DNA of 64,000 nt from the human T2T-CHM13v2.0 reference genome, Homo sapiens: NCBI RefSeq assembly GCF_009914755.1, contig NC_060938.1. One strand, given 5' to 3'. Below, piece by piece: positions 14,589 through 28,670 of this stretch; the first letter of the stretch is position 1; each line of letters begins with the position of its first letter. The translations under genes were made by a program, and so were the position numbers. A model generated the notes under the pieces. The model was not told the DNA's origin and did not search any database. It saw nothing but the letters and a program-made list of their open reading frames with translations.

Positions 14589-17287
14589 TGGCCCCACATG
14601 CTCCCAGGCAAATGGCAGGCTCTTACAAAATGTAAGCCCCCTCCCTACTTCCTTTCTCTTCCAGAGTTGATCTTTCATCATTGTCATCCAGCCATGCATG
14701 CATTCATTTATGCAAACACTCAGCATGCACTTTCCATGTGTCCAGCCCTGTGCTGCCGCTGAGGACACAGAGGCATAAACAGTTCCTGTCCTCAGGGATC
14801 GGATCAGACACTTAATAGGTCAGACTGGTTGCTTTGTCCTGGACACAAGTGGGGCATCCTAGATGAATTTCATAATAAGATGAGCTAACTAACCTTGGCA
14901 GAGTGGCCACCCTGTACTGGACACTATTGTAAGCACTGAACATATTATTCCTTTTGACCCTCTCATCAGCCCGAGGAGGAAAAGGAGGTCTACACGAGGG
15001 CAAAGCTCCTTTCTGAGGCCACACAGCTACAGCATGGCACCTGGGTTCCAAATCACTGGAATTTGGGGAAAGAAAGTGCAGGTGTTAGCTGCTGAATCAG
15101 GACCGTGGGAATAAGCTTGCAAGTGATAAGTATCCTTGCTTCAAATTATGTCCCTTAGACATTCTTCCTCTCCCTCTTAATGATCAGTCACTTTGGGGAA
15201 ACCAAGTCAACACTGAAGACCTCCAATCCTAGCACCCCCAGTTCTCAGGACCCTCATGCTCCATCCCTGCAGCCCCCTAAAGGCCAGCTGAAAGTTCTCT
15301 TCCCCAGAAATTATGCTTTCTAAGTCATTTATGTTACTTGATGATTTTCTAATTTGCCTTCATCGATAATATATAAAATGAGGGTAGTGACCTAAAACTG
15401 AACCCAACATGAAGCTGCTAAGAAAAGAAGAAGCCAAAAGTCCTTTGCACTCAGGGCCACACATTTTTCTCCACCTTTCCAGGTAGCATCCAAGAGGGAG
15501 CCAGGCCACTTACACAAGGCACAGTGGCTGTAGATTTTTTTAAAGACCAGTTTTTCAGAAGATGCTCATCTACTCTTGACACTACGGTAGCAAACCAATG
15601 CCTCCTCATGGTTCAACGAAATGAACATGTCCTCAAAGCACCCTTGCCTGAGACATGGCTCAGGGCATCTATTGTGCTTGGGTAACAGCAGAGGCAAAGA
15701 AAACAAGACCCAGATTCCAAAGACCTGGGTCTGGGTCCCACAGCCTTCCCTTGGTGGTGGCCTTGAGCAAGTCATTTGGCCCTTCTGAGTGTGAGTCACC
15801 TCAGGGTCAGGTGTGCTGGGAGAGATGGATGATTGGATGACAAGAAGCCAGCCTCTAGCCTCCAAGAGCCAGCATCAGGTGATACCCAAGGAATTCCTGG
15901 TTCCCCTCAAGGCCAGCATCTCTCCCACTCAAATGAGTTTGCCACTGCTCACTGCAGACACATGTGTGATTTCAACCACGGGACAGAGCTGGATGCAGCA
16001 ATGGCAGGAGCCTCACTCTAGTCATTACTGCATCCTGGGGCCTCACATGCAGCATGACACAGAGAATTCAACAAACCTTTGGTAAACAAATTGCAGACGC
16101 TCCTCAGCCCTGAAGGTGAATGAGTCCACTTATATCCCCACACCCAGCAAAGACCCCTTGCAGACATCCACTTTAATATTTTCCCATGAACAGCAAAACC
16201 AAAACAATCAAAACCAATGACTGGGTTTCATGCCCTCAGTGTGCATGGCCAAGTCAAGTTCTGCAACTCAAGAAGAAGAAATGAAGAAGGAAAATAAGAT
16301 ACAAACTGATTAACTGATAAGGACCATATCTTCTTTATTTTCATCTCTACCCAGTGCATGAGACACAGCGAAAGGACTGAATGAAGGAATGAACAAATGA
16401 ACAAATGACAGGGCATCAAGTCTTGGAGCCCACTGATGGGCAGAGTGGCCTACAAGACTTGAACCAACCTCATGTCGCCATGACCAACGTCTGCAATAAT
16501 TGACAAGATCCTCTGGGCAGAGAAAGTTGTGCCCAAGAGAGAGGAAGGCCTTGAAGGGGGTGGGCAGACCAAGAAGGTGATACTGATCAGAAATAGCAAA
16601 CGTCACAACAGCTACATTTATTAAGAACGATGTATGCCAAGCCCTGGGCTAACTAACTATCTCTATCTCAGTGAATATTCAAAACAACCCTACTGAGTAA
16701 GTGGTGGGCTGACTCCCATTTTACAGATCAGGAAGTTGAGGTTAGTCAAGTTAGGAGGCTTTCCCAAGGTCACAAGATTCTAACTAGGTGAGTCTCACTG
16801 TGGACCCTGCTGCTGGAGAGAGGAGGAGCAGGGAAAGGGATGGGAAGTTAGAGAATGCCCGGCACTATCAGGTCCCAGAGCCCAGAACCAGGGAGTGGGG
16901 CCTTGGTCAGGAGCAAAGGGTTGGCTGACCCTTCAGCAAACTCATGCCAAGGTGAATGTCAACTCACTGTTCCTGCATCACAGCCGATGCTGGGAATCGC
17001 AGAACAATGCCATCCTGAGACCAGAGTTCCAGGGGTGCCGGAGCTAGCCCTTGAGCCCAAAGGTGGAGACTTTTAGCCAGGATCACACTCCCCATCCTGC
17101 AGAATCTCCTGCCATTATGGGGCCACACCCTCCGAGCACCTGCCTCATGCTAGGTGGCAGGCTGACCCTACACACCCCCCCTCTCCATTCTGCCTGGAGA
17201 CAGCGAGGAATGAGCCATCATCCCCACTAGCAGATCAGAAAACTGAGGCTTGGACTGCCTTGCTCACCTGCCTCTGAACACTCAGGT

Positions 17288-17540
17288 TCATATGAAATGT
17301 CCAGAACAGGCAAATCCATGGAGGCAGGCGGAAGATCAGTGGCTGCAGGGGATGGTAGGTATGGGTTTCTTTTAGGGGTGAGGAATATGATCTGGAATGA
17401 GACGGTGGTGATGGTTGCAAACATTGTGAATATACTGAAGACCTTTTACATTCTATGTTTTTAAATGGTCCAAATGGTGAATTCTACATTGTATGAATTT
17501 TACCTCAACAACAAAAAAATCTTTTTTTAAAAAAAAAGCA
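17288..17540 (+). mobile_element. L1M (L1MB-like) 3' end
   Basis: atatgaaatgtccagaacaggcaaatccat...gtatgaattttacctcaa followed by an A-rich tail. Confidence 0.75.
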
Positions 17541-18205
17541 CCCAGGAAGCATATGCCGGGCCTGGATGCGGCCTCTTGAAGACACACGTGTCCCTTTTTC
17601 CACCTCAATGTTCAGTCCAGACTCCACATAAGACACAGAACCCCTGGAGGGCAGGATTGAGTTTGGCCTAAACCCTGCAAACATATTAGTGGCCGTGTTG
17701 GCAGCAGGGGGCCACGGAGAAGGTGCACTGTCCTCCCCACCTCTTCGCCTGCAACTCCCCCAGTCTTTTGGGTCTAAGTTCCATCACACCTCACCTGTTT
17801 CTATTTTGATACAGGTCTCTTTGTGCCACTGGTTTTAGCCAAAGGTCTCAACCTTGATTCATGCGAGCATCACCTGGGGCAGCTTTAAACTCCCGTCTAG
17901 GGTGGGCCTGGGTATCAGGTATTTTTAAAGCCCCCAGGTGTTGTCAACAAGCAACCAGGGCTCAAGTGTCCAACTAGAGGCAGGAGTCCGAGGGCAGGGC
18001 TATGTTGAATTCACCTTTGTAGTTCCAGAACTTGCCATGGCACAACCTTGGTAAATGTTCAATAAATCAATAAGTAAAGGTTTGTTGAGTAAATTAAAAT
18101 ATGTATAAACTTGCAAGCTTTGATTATTTGCTGGACACAAATAAATAAACAGAAGACTGAAACAATTCCTTTTACTGCATTGGGAGAGGAAAATTCAGTA
18201 CTTAA

Positions 18206-18421
<216 letters not shown>

Positions 18422-19419
18422 TAGAGGCTCTTACGGATCTCAAACTCATCTGGAGATAGGAGTCATGTTCATACCTGCATTGTGCTTTGTACAGAGGGGA
18501 ATGCAAGGCAGAGTCAGCCCATTTTATGAATGAGGAAGCTGAGGCCAGTTTGGATAAGAACTTTACTCAAGCAAGGGTTATATAGTGATGAGAGATCTCA
18601 TTTACTGTGAGTGGACAATGTTCCAGGGCTGGGCCAGGACCTCGCATGTGTGATTTGCACAACCCACTTTGGAGGACGGGAAAACTGAAGCTCAGAGAGG
18701 CTGAGTGACCAGCACACATCTGGAAAGAGCAAGAGCCTGGCCTGGCCTCCAGGCCCTCCTGCTTGCAGACCAGGCAAGTGGATCACAGGGTAGCAAAAGA
18801 CGAGCATTCAACACCCCGAGGCCGGAATCAATGGCAACAGTGAGCTGGGCATGAACACAGCCCTTGAAGCAGGAGACATTCAAAGTGACATGGCCCGTGT
18901 TTGATGCCCACAGTCCCTCGTCACAGGCTCACACTGCGTCCAGCCAAGGGCTAGGGCAGCGGCATTCATGAGGTTTCATAAGGAGCCTGTCGCCTGCAGG
19001 GAAGGCGGGTCACGGGGACTGGCTTCACTTGCTGTGCCTGTCGCTCAGCTTTGCGACCCACCAGGCCTGGACCTCCTCTTTTGTTAGTCGGAAACTCATC
19101 ACAACTTGGAGGAAACTCTGGTTTGCACCAGCAGCAGGGAATTCATTTGATGATGATGAAGCCTAGTTAAACCTTGGATTCTTGCGAATGTCCCAGAGCC
19201 TGGGTCCTTCTGATGGCAGCAGCTAAAACACACTGATGGTGGAGGTGGGGAAACTGAGCCACTGCCTTCCTTGCACCACCTGAGTCTGCTTCATCATCCC
19301 ATTCATGAGATCACAGATATCAGGAGGACCAAGGAGAGGGAGCGCCAAGTGACATCTGGTGGTTTCTTCCACGCAGTCATTCCTCAAAACCTAGCAGCAT
19401 TCTTGCTTCCGCTCTCCCC

Positions 19420-20230
19420 CTACAGCCACAGCCATCACTGAGTGAGTCCCTGCTGCAGAATGATCTTAACTTAGACCAGGGCGTGACACCTCCTCTTGCC
19501 TCCACCCCGGGTCCAGCCCACCACCACCATCTCTCCCTGCACCGTCACTCACCTGGCCCATGGCAACAGCCTCCTCACTGGGCTCCCAGCCTCCACTCTT
19601 CCCCTTCCTTCCACTCTCCAGAGTCAGTCTTTGTAAAGTGCACGTGAGGGCATGCCACACCCCCTACTCAAAACCCGCTGGCTTCTGGCTGCACTTCAGA
19701 TAAAATCCAAACTCCTTCTCTAGCCTCCACGGCCCTGTGCGGTCCGGGCACTGCCTCCCTGTGGGCTCACCTCCTGCAGTCTTCCCTCGTAGCAGGCAGC
19801 AGCCACGCTGGCTCTTCATACAGCCCGAGCGCTTCTCCACACGAGGACCTTGCACATGCTGTTTCCTCTGATGAGAAAGCTCTTCCCCCAGATCTTCCTC
19901 CACCAGCTATTCCCTTTCGGTCAGCTCTCAGCTTAAATGGCATCTCGGGTCCACATAACCTAGGCAGCCCCCCAGTTACTCCTATCAAATCGCATGATTT
20001 TCTCTATCTCTGTAGCATGTTATCTTCCATTTTTCCTGTGATAGTTTTGGTTTGCTTATTTCCTATACCACCATCCCATGCCCCCTCCCGCACACACACA
20101 GAGCAATCAATCTACAAGCTCTGTGACTGCAGGGCCCTTCTGTTCTGTCCACCACTAGATTCCCAGCACCTAGTACCTAGTGCCTGGCATATAGTAGATA
20201 TTCAAAAATATCTGTAAGGTAAGTGAATTA
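19420..20230 (+). mobile_element. L2 remnant
   Basis: Typical L2 body and 3' end (gtgcctggcatatagtagatattcaaaaatatctg). Confidence 0.7.
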
Positions 20231-20411
20231 GTAGCTACGGAGGACTCATGACATGCCAGGCACGTGCTAAAGATCTGGGGCTATCACTGAGGACCCAGCA
20301 GACACTGGACAACTGTGTACGACTAACAAAGGATCAAGCATTGGTCAAGTCATTAATTACATATTTAAAAGGTGGAATAACTGCTACAAAAGAAAATGAA
20401 AAATTCAAAGT

Positions 20412-20545
20412 GAGTGCATGTATGTGTGTGTGCATGTATGTGTGTACATGTGCGTGCGTGTGCATGTACGTGTGTGCATGTATGTGTGTGCATGTGCACG
20501 TATGTGTGTGTGTGTGTGCATGTATGTGTGTGTGCATGTGGATGC
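20412..20545. repeat. Imperfect (TG/CA)n tract
   Basis: Direct reading. Confidence 0.9.
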
Positions 20546-20599
20546 AGGGCGGTATGGTTTCCAAATGTAAGCAACTCCTCTGACACTGCTCCATCAGGG

Positions 20600-21040
20600 T
20601 GGTGTCTAATTCCCCACTGTTTCAATATGAGCCAGCCCTGGTCGCTTGATTCTAAAAAACGGAATGCAGTGGAAGTTGATGCTGGGTGACTTCTTCAACT
20701 GCAACATCAAAAGGGATACAGCTCCCATCAGCCTCTCAACCTTCAAATTCAGCCACCATGTTGTAAGGAAGCCCAGTTCACAAGGCGGCATCACATGGAG
20801 TGTTAGAGTGAACAGCTCCATCTGAGGACCCAATCTACAGCCAATATTGACCACAAGACATGGGAGAGGAAGCCTTCAAGGTGGCCCCAGCCCTGGCTGA
20901 CAGACTATCGGTGCATGAAAGACCCCAAGCAGGGACCTCCAGGTGGAGCCAGTCAACTCCTGTAGCAGCAAGAGAAAGAAAATATGTTGGTGTTGTAGCT
21001 TTTGGAGTAGTTCGTTCTGCAGCCGTAAATGACCAGAACA
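20600..21040 (+). mobile_element. MLT1 (ERVL-MaLR) LTR
   Basis: agccaccatgttgtaaggaagccca...ttggagtagttcgttctgcagccgtaaatgaccagaaca. Confidence 0.65.
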
Positions 21041-22728
21041 GGGACTGGTGTGACATTTGTGGAAGTCAGGGAAGGTCTTCCTGAAGAAAGAAAGGAAATC
21101 TGAGCTGAGATCAGCATGAGTCAGGTTCTACTTCGAAGGGGAGGCTGGTGGACAGAAGGACTATACGTGCAAAGGCTCCAAGACAGGAAGGAGTGAGGCC
21201 CAGGGAAGGAAAGGAAAGGGGGGTCCCTGAAGCTGCCTCTCAGCACTGGAGGGAAGAGTTAGGCAGGGGCCACACTAGGAAGTAATCAGATAGCCTTGAA
21301 TAACCTCCCTTCCTCTCCAGCTGGGCAGCCTAGAATAAGTAACTCACCCTCTCTGAACCTCTGAGCTCCGCATAAAAATTGGCAATAATACCACCTATTA
21401 CAAAGAAGGGTTTGAGGATTAAATGAGATGAGGAGAGCAGAGCTTCTCTCCAACAGTACTGGAAACTAAGTATTGGCTTCTTTCTAGTGTCCTGGGTGGG
21501 TAAAAAGGAAGCATCTTAGAACTTCCACAGTCCCATTTGTCTCTTTCTCTGTTGAAACTTGGCCTTTGGCACATAGGAGAAGAACCAGGTGACCCTATTC
21601 CTGGCTCCACCACTGTTGTGTGACCTTTGAGGAGTCACTTAACCTCCTTCTGATCTTTCCAAGAACAAAATAAATGCCCCAATAAAATCTCTATCAGTGC
21701 TTTGAACTCCTTCAAGACAGGCACTATGGAAATGCAGGCTCACGCCTCTGTTCTGCCACAGCTATTTTTGGCCCCGTCAGCCTTGGAAGCAGGTCTCACA
21801 GAGGGCGTGTGTGTGCTTTGCTTGAGGGCTGGTACACATCTCCTTCCATGGCCTCCGCCATCTGAGTCACAGGCGGGGACAGGCAGGCCATGGCTGACAT
21901 TTACAAAGCAAGCCAGGTCCTGGGCTCTGGTGGCTGCTGAAGGCTTTTTGTTCAGGCCACAAGCAGGCCTCTAGCTCTGCCAGGGTTCATGCCCACCCAT
22001 GCCTTCCAGAAATACCTTCACCGGGGACACTCCGTTGACACTGAGGATCACATGCCTGGCAAGGGCTGCCCAGGAAGAGACACAGGTGGGACTCTCTGAA
22101 AACCTTTTCTTTCCTGTTGAAGATGCAGGGGAGTCTACACCTCCTTCGAGAGCCCATCTCATCCTCAGAGTGTCTAATCTGATGCTCCTATCTCAGCAGA
22201 GATATGCTGGAACCCTGCAGAAGCAACTCCCAATCTGAAGGTTAGTGACGTACTCTCATTTCTACTGCTTGCATTAGAATTATTTATGAGCTGCCATTTA
22301 TTGCGTGTTAACTGGGTTCCAGGCTCTGTGCTGTGTTAGTTGTAGGGCATCGAATCCTTCCAACCACCCATGTGCAGCAGGTAGGGTTGTTAACTCCATT
22401 CTACACATTTGGAAATTGGGGCTCCAAGCAGTTAAGGATTCCTTGCCCAAATCACTTAGCTAATGAACAAGGGTTGGACCTCAGGTCTAGAGGGCAGGAA
22501 GCCAGGCTCTGAGCCACTGCGCTACATAATACCACCTTTTGAGCACAAAGTTTCTGCCCAGGATGGCCTGGATAATTTCTAATCTTCATGACAATTCCTC
22601 TGCAGGTAGGAATCCTATGAGAAAACTGAGGCTCTGAGAGGATGTGACATGGCCAGAGTCTGAGCTAGGAGTGAAAGGGCTGGGGCTGGCCCCAAAGCCC
22701 CTTGCTGAGATTGTCATTCTGTAGGGCA

Positions 22729-22915
22729 CAGGTTCTCAAAGTGTGCTCCTACGACCAACAGCGTCAGCATCACCTGAGAAGGGAATTGAAAAGGAGGTCC
22801 TCGGGCCCCACCCCAGACCTACCGAGTCAGGAATTCTGGGGATGAGCTCCAGTGATCTGTGACTAAACAAGCTCTCCAGGCGCTTCCGATACAAGCTCAA
22901 GTTGGAGAACCCCTG
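22729..22915 (+). mobile_element. MER5A
   Basis: caggttctcaaagtgtg...ggccccaccccagacctaccgagtcag...gttggagaacccctg. Confidence 0.8.
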
Positions 22916-23170
22916 GTCAAGTGCCCAGACTCAAAGTGAGGGTTGTGGGCAGAGCCTGAAAAACCCAAGGGCAGAAAGTGGAGATGCTGCTTGAGAACCT
23001 TCCGCTTCACCAGATCCCTTTCCTGCTCTTTCTCCAGTGGCAGGCAGGGCGCAGGGTAGGGCTGCTGGGAGCAGGGCACAGATCTGGGCCTGCCACAGAG
23101 GAATAGGAGGCCAAGCTGCCCTCTCCAGCAATGAAGTGGGGGAGGGAAGTCAGGACTCTCAAAAGATTCA

Positions 23171-23483
<313 letters not shown>

Positions 23484-24831
23484 TTAGAACAAAACAAACA
23501 CCCCCAAAATAAAGATAACAAAAAACAATTTGAAAAACCACTCTTGCCTTTGCCAGAAGAAGGGTGGCCCAGCAGTGGGGTGACCCGCTGTTCCAGTTTG
23601 TCCAGGACTGAGGGGTTTCCTGGGGCACAGGACCTTCGGGGCTAAAACCTAGAGAGGCCCGGGCCAGCCAGGACAAGCGGGTCACCCTGAGGGGCAGGGC
23701 AGCAGCAGGTGCTGTCTGGATGAAGAGCAATGCCTGCCTGGCCATGTGAAGGACGCCCTGCAAACGTTCCTGGTCATTACTTCTAGGGGGCACTTCACAG
23801 GCCTGCACGAATAGGTGTTTCTCTCTCCCCTCTTTCTCCCTTTATGCCAGACACACACACCAAAGCTCAACACACCTGTGGATCAATGTCACTTCAGCAG
23901 GGAGCCTCCTGCCTGATCCTTGGGCTGCTAATTCTGGCTGTCTGCTTTGGCCACTCCCTCTCCTTCGTGGCCTGTGCAGCCTCCCTCTGCTCCCACCTGT
24001 CCCATTCTACCTGGGAATTCTCCCACGTCTTCCCAAATCCGTCCTCCCTGCCCCTTTTGTAATTACGTATCCCCTTCCCAATAGCACCTCTTTATCCCCC
24101 AAGTCTGGCTTGCACTCACAGGCTGCTCTTCATCAGAACGCTTTCCACAGGACGATTACAGCAATGGATACCTGTCTAGTTTTCAAAAGTACTTCTCACT
24201 TTCAGGAACCCTCAACTCAACCCCATGGGGTGGGTGTGGCCCATGACCTATTTTATAGAGGAAGAAATTGAGGCTTAGGTTAACCGGCTCTCTTAAAATC
24301 ACGAAGAGGAAAGAGCAGGGCTAGCACGCCAACATAGGCTAAAGAAAGGCTCATGGAATCGGCCTCTTATGCCAAGTCCTTGGCCTTTCATGACCTGGGC
24401 CCTGCTGATGTGGATAAGTCCCTGTGTGACTCTGTATCCCTCAGGATGCCCAACGCAGGGTTGGACCTAGAACAGGTGCCTGGCAAATGCTCGCCAGGTG
24501 AATGAGAGGCCCTTGTGAGTGGCAAGAATGCAAAGGACATCAGATGAGCAAATGGGACAAGGACTGGCACATGCCTTGAGCCAGTGAATCCAGAGAGATG
24601 GCAGGAAGGGACACTCCAGTGAACACCTTCTGCAAATGACAGTCCACTGGACTGTGAACTCCATGAGGGCAGGAGCTGTCTGCTGCTCACTGCTGGTTCC
24701 CGGGCCCTGGCACCATGCCCCACATTTGGAGCTCAGTGTGCACCTGTTGAGTGAGAGCTGAGGCTCCACAGCATTGAAGCCCTGTGCCCTCTGGGAGACA
24801 TGAATTCCTTCAGGGTTATATAGCAGGCACT

Positions 24832-24953
24832 TGTTTTTTTTGTTTGTTTTGTTGTTTTTTGCTGTTGTTGTTGTTTTTGAGGCAGAGTTACGCTCTTATT
24901 GCCCAGGCTGGAGTGCAATGGTGCAATCTTGGCTCACTGCAACCTCCGCCTCC
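24832..24953 (-). mobile_element. Truncated Alu 3' fragment
   Basis: T/GTT-rich tail plus the right-arm end. Confidence 0.85.
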
Positions 24954-25099
24954 GTATTTTATGATTGGCAGAAGTTGTGGATGTGGCCGTAGCTCTGACA
25001 TTTATTGGGCACTACTTGTGTGCAGGGTTCTGGGCTGAGCTCAAGGAGGACCAAGAGAATGAATAAATCACATTCTCCACCACTGGTCTAATCCACCTT

Positions 25100-25690
25100 C
25101 CATGCCGGAGGCACTCCATGGCTATGATAGACATTCCCTGCCCTCCTGGCCTGGTAGCCATGTTCTTATTTTTGGGTTTTAGCCCTTCTATTCGGATTTT
25201 CCTTTGGGAAACCACCTCTCCCTGAGCCTCTATCCACACATCCCAACTCCAGGGGTGGTCACATGGCCCGGGCCTGACCAACCAGCATACTCTATCCCAT
25301 AAGCCACCATGATTGGTCCACAGGTGGGCACATGACCCAAGCTAGTCCAGCAAAAGTCAGCCTCAGGACTTCCCTCGGACTACTGGGAAACAGAAGGTCT
25401 CTTCCTAGGGATATTACTGCCTGTAAGAATGATGGAATGCTGGAGCCTGGAGCTACAGGAACTGAGCCAGCCTGAGAGAAAAGGCAACCCAGGAGAAATC
25501 AGGAGAGAGCGACAGAGCCAGAGACAGAAATCCAATACCGTCATCATTTGAGACCATGGATTCAGCAGATCTGCTGCCTGGATATCCTGATACGTGAGCC
25601 CACAAGCTAACATCTTTCTCCCTAGTTTTTGTATTGCTTAAACCACTTCAAGATGTGTTTTTGCTACTTGAAACAGAAAAAGTCCTGCCA
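25100..25690 (+). mobile_element. MLT1-like LTR
   Basis: gattggtccacaggtgggcacatgacccaagctagtccag...ttgctacttgaaacagaaaaagtcctg. Confidence 0.55.
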
Positions 25691-26489
25691 TACAGAGCTC
25701 TCCTCTCTTACTCTCCTCTCCCAAGAAGCACCTTCAGTCCCAAAACTCAACATGAGTTCTCTCTGTACTCAACCAAGCACTCTCCTCTAGCCTCCTCCCA
25801 TCTCCGTAGCCCCCAGCCTGGTTTCAGGCCCTCTTGGATGGTCTGGGGTCTGAATGATCTCAAGAGACCCCCACCTGACTCCAGTCTGCCAGCTCAACCC
25901 CAATCCACTCCAATCCAACCCACACTGTCAAAACAGTTGATCTTTCTGAAACAGACAATATAGGCTCATGTCACTTCCCCACTTAACACCTTCGTAGGCT
26001 CATCACTGCCCAGAGCAGTTTCCTAAAGCACTGGGTCCATGTCCCTGCAGTTATGAGAGCTGATTTTAGATGGTATATGGACCCAGCACTCAAACACATT
26101 GAAACCTGTAATAAGAAACTTAAGCTCCTTTTGATTCACTTACAAACTTTCCAATTACTTTATAGAGAAGGTCTCAGCACTGTGCCACTATGGCTTTCAC
26201 ATCTCTCTACCGCTTACTTCTCTCCCTTTTTAACAAATAGAGAGAAAGTCTCAAGCTCAGAATCTTCCAGAGAAAGCTGGAATTTTAAAAGCTTGGTTTG
26301 CTTCCACTGCATTTATTATTATGGTCACCTTCCATTTATGCAAGTGGAACTAGTTTCTCATTTAGAGTAGTTTTGTAAAGTTAAGGAGATTAATTTGTAT
26401 ACACACAAAATGAGTTTATTTAAAGAAAAAAATAAGGCAAATAAGAGATGGTACTTGGATATGCGTGAATGTAGATCATTGTTTGGTAA

Positions 26490-26993
<504 letters not shown>

Positions 26994-28534
26994 CAATCCC
27001 ATTTATTCTTAAAGACCCCTGTTACTATTTACTGGGGCTACTGTTTTGCTTAACTATTCAGGTATTTCCAGTGTACCTGGCAAACCATTTCTGTGTTCTC
27101 TCAGGCCACTCTTTGTGGGTTGCTGACAGGATGGCCTTCCCTGGGAGGGCTGAGATTCCAGAGGGCCAGGACGGTCCTTCTCCTCTGTCTGACACAGATG
27201 CTCAGTGAGCACAAGAAGACCTGAAGGGATGCTAGCTGGGGGATGTGGATCATTAAATACAAACCGCTGGGAGACTACGTGCCGTGGGGCCCAAAATGTG
27301 GGAGAGTGAGGAATTCTAAAGGAAGGGAGAGGAGTGATCTCCAAGAGTAGGTGCAGGCCCAGGGATTCTTTCAGGAGAGAGGAGGCCAGTGAGCATCCCG
27401 GGATAGAAGGATTTGGCAGAGGCCTGGAGCAGAGGGCCTGGCAGGCCTAGGTTCTCAACTGTAACTTGCATTTGAATCACCTCAGAACCTGTAATTGTGA
27501 CGATTCCCAAGTCTCACCCCAAAAACTCTGGCTCAGTGGGTTTGAAGTGGGCCCAAGAAGACGCATTTTAAAACAAATGCTTTGGGTTATGCTGAAGCAG
27601 GTCATTTGAGGGCCAGGCTTTGAGAAGGAATGGGCCACAGGGTGTCAGGGAAGGATGGAGATATATAGAGGCCTCACAGTCAAAATGCAGAAATTCACAC
27701 AAATTGCAAAGATCCTCCAGAACATTGCATCACTGACTGGGGACCAAGAGGCTGGAAACGCAGCCTACCAGAGAACAAGCTTTGTGCCAAGGTTATTGAA
27801 AATACATCCCAAATAATTCCATGGAGATGTATTTAATGAGGTAGATACCGACATGATCACGGGCATCCTATAGGTGGGAACTTGAATGAACCACGTGAAA
27901 TACAGAACCTCCTTTGGAGAGACCTTATCAAGTAGCAATTGTAAACAGGGAACTTTACCATGTAGAGGTCAGGGCTGAGGCCATTTCTGGCTAAAGAAAC
28001 GCTCCTTTGTTTGAACGACGGCGCAATCAAATTGTTCAGAGATGAAATCGTCCAAGGCAAACAAGTCACAGAGAGGTTTTAGCAGAATTTGGTGCACATA
28101 GCTGAATGGCATCTTGAAACTCTGCTCCCAGAGCACTGACTTTGGTTCTACCCTAACTGCCTCCTTAAATGTAAATTATAATAGAGAAATAGAACTGTGT
28201 GTTGGGGGAGGGGGGCTATTTAAGACCAGTCCCCAGCAGCTGCCCCCTTTAAAGATCTGGCCTTCGGAACTATCCAGGCCAAGTCACTCATCAAATGGAG
28301 ATTGACTTTTATCTGATTAACTGATGGAGAAACATCCTTCTCCATCTTGCAGGAGCACGCTGTGGGAAAGGCGTTTTGCAGACTGCAGGGGAAAGTTGGG
28401 CCTTGGCTTCCCTCCTGCTTGGCCAGTGGAAAATTACCAAGGAGGCAGGGCTGCCCTCGGCCACACTCAGTGGATCTTCGTGGGCCTAGGAAAACACAAA
28501 GAGAAACCCGAAAATGGAGTGAGCCATTACTTAC

Positions 28535-28670
28535 CTGGGGCGGAGAGGAGTCTGGGAGGTGGCGGGGGTGGGGGCGGCGGGGGCAGCGGGGGAGGGGGCC
28601 GGCACTGGCAGACGTGTCGGCAGCTGTCAGTCACTTTGGAGCAGGACTTCTGGGGCTCACCGTGCGTCAC
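28535..28670 (-). CDS. PRIMA1: PRIMA1 second coding exon (c.94-229; Cys cluster + proline-rich attachment domain)
   Basis: Acceptor tgtgtacag|GTGACG, donor CCAG|GTAAGT, 136 nt. Translates VTHGEPQKSCSKVTDSCRHVCQCRPPPPLPPPPPPPPPPRLLSAP plus 1 nt; contained in ORF 28527..28808. Confidence 0.97.
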
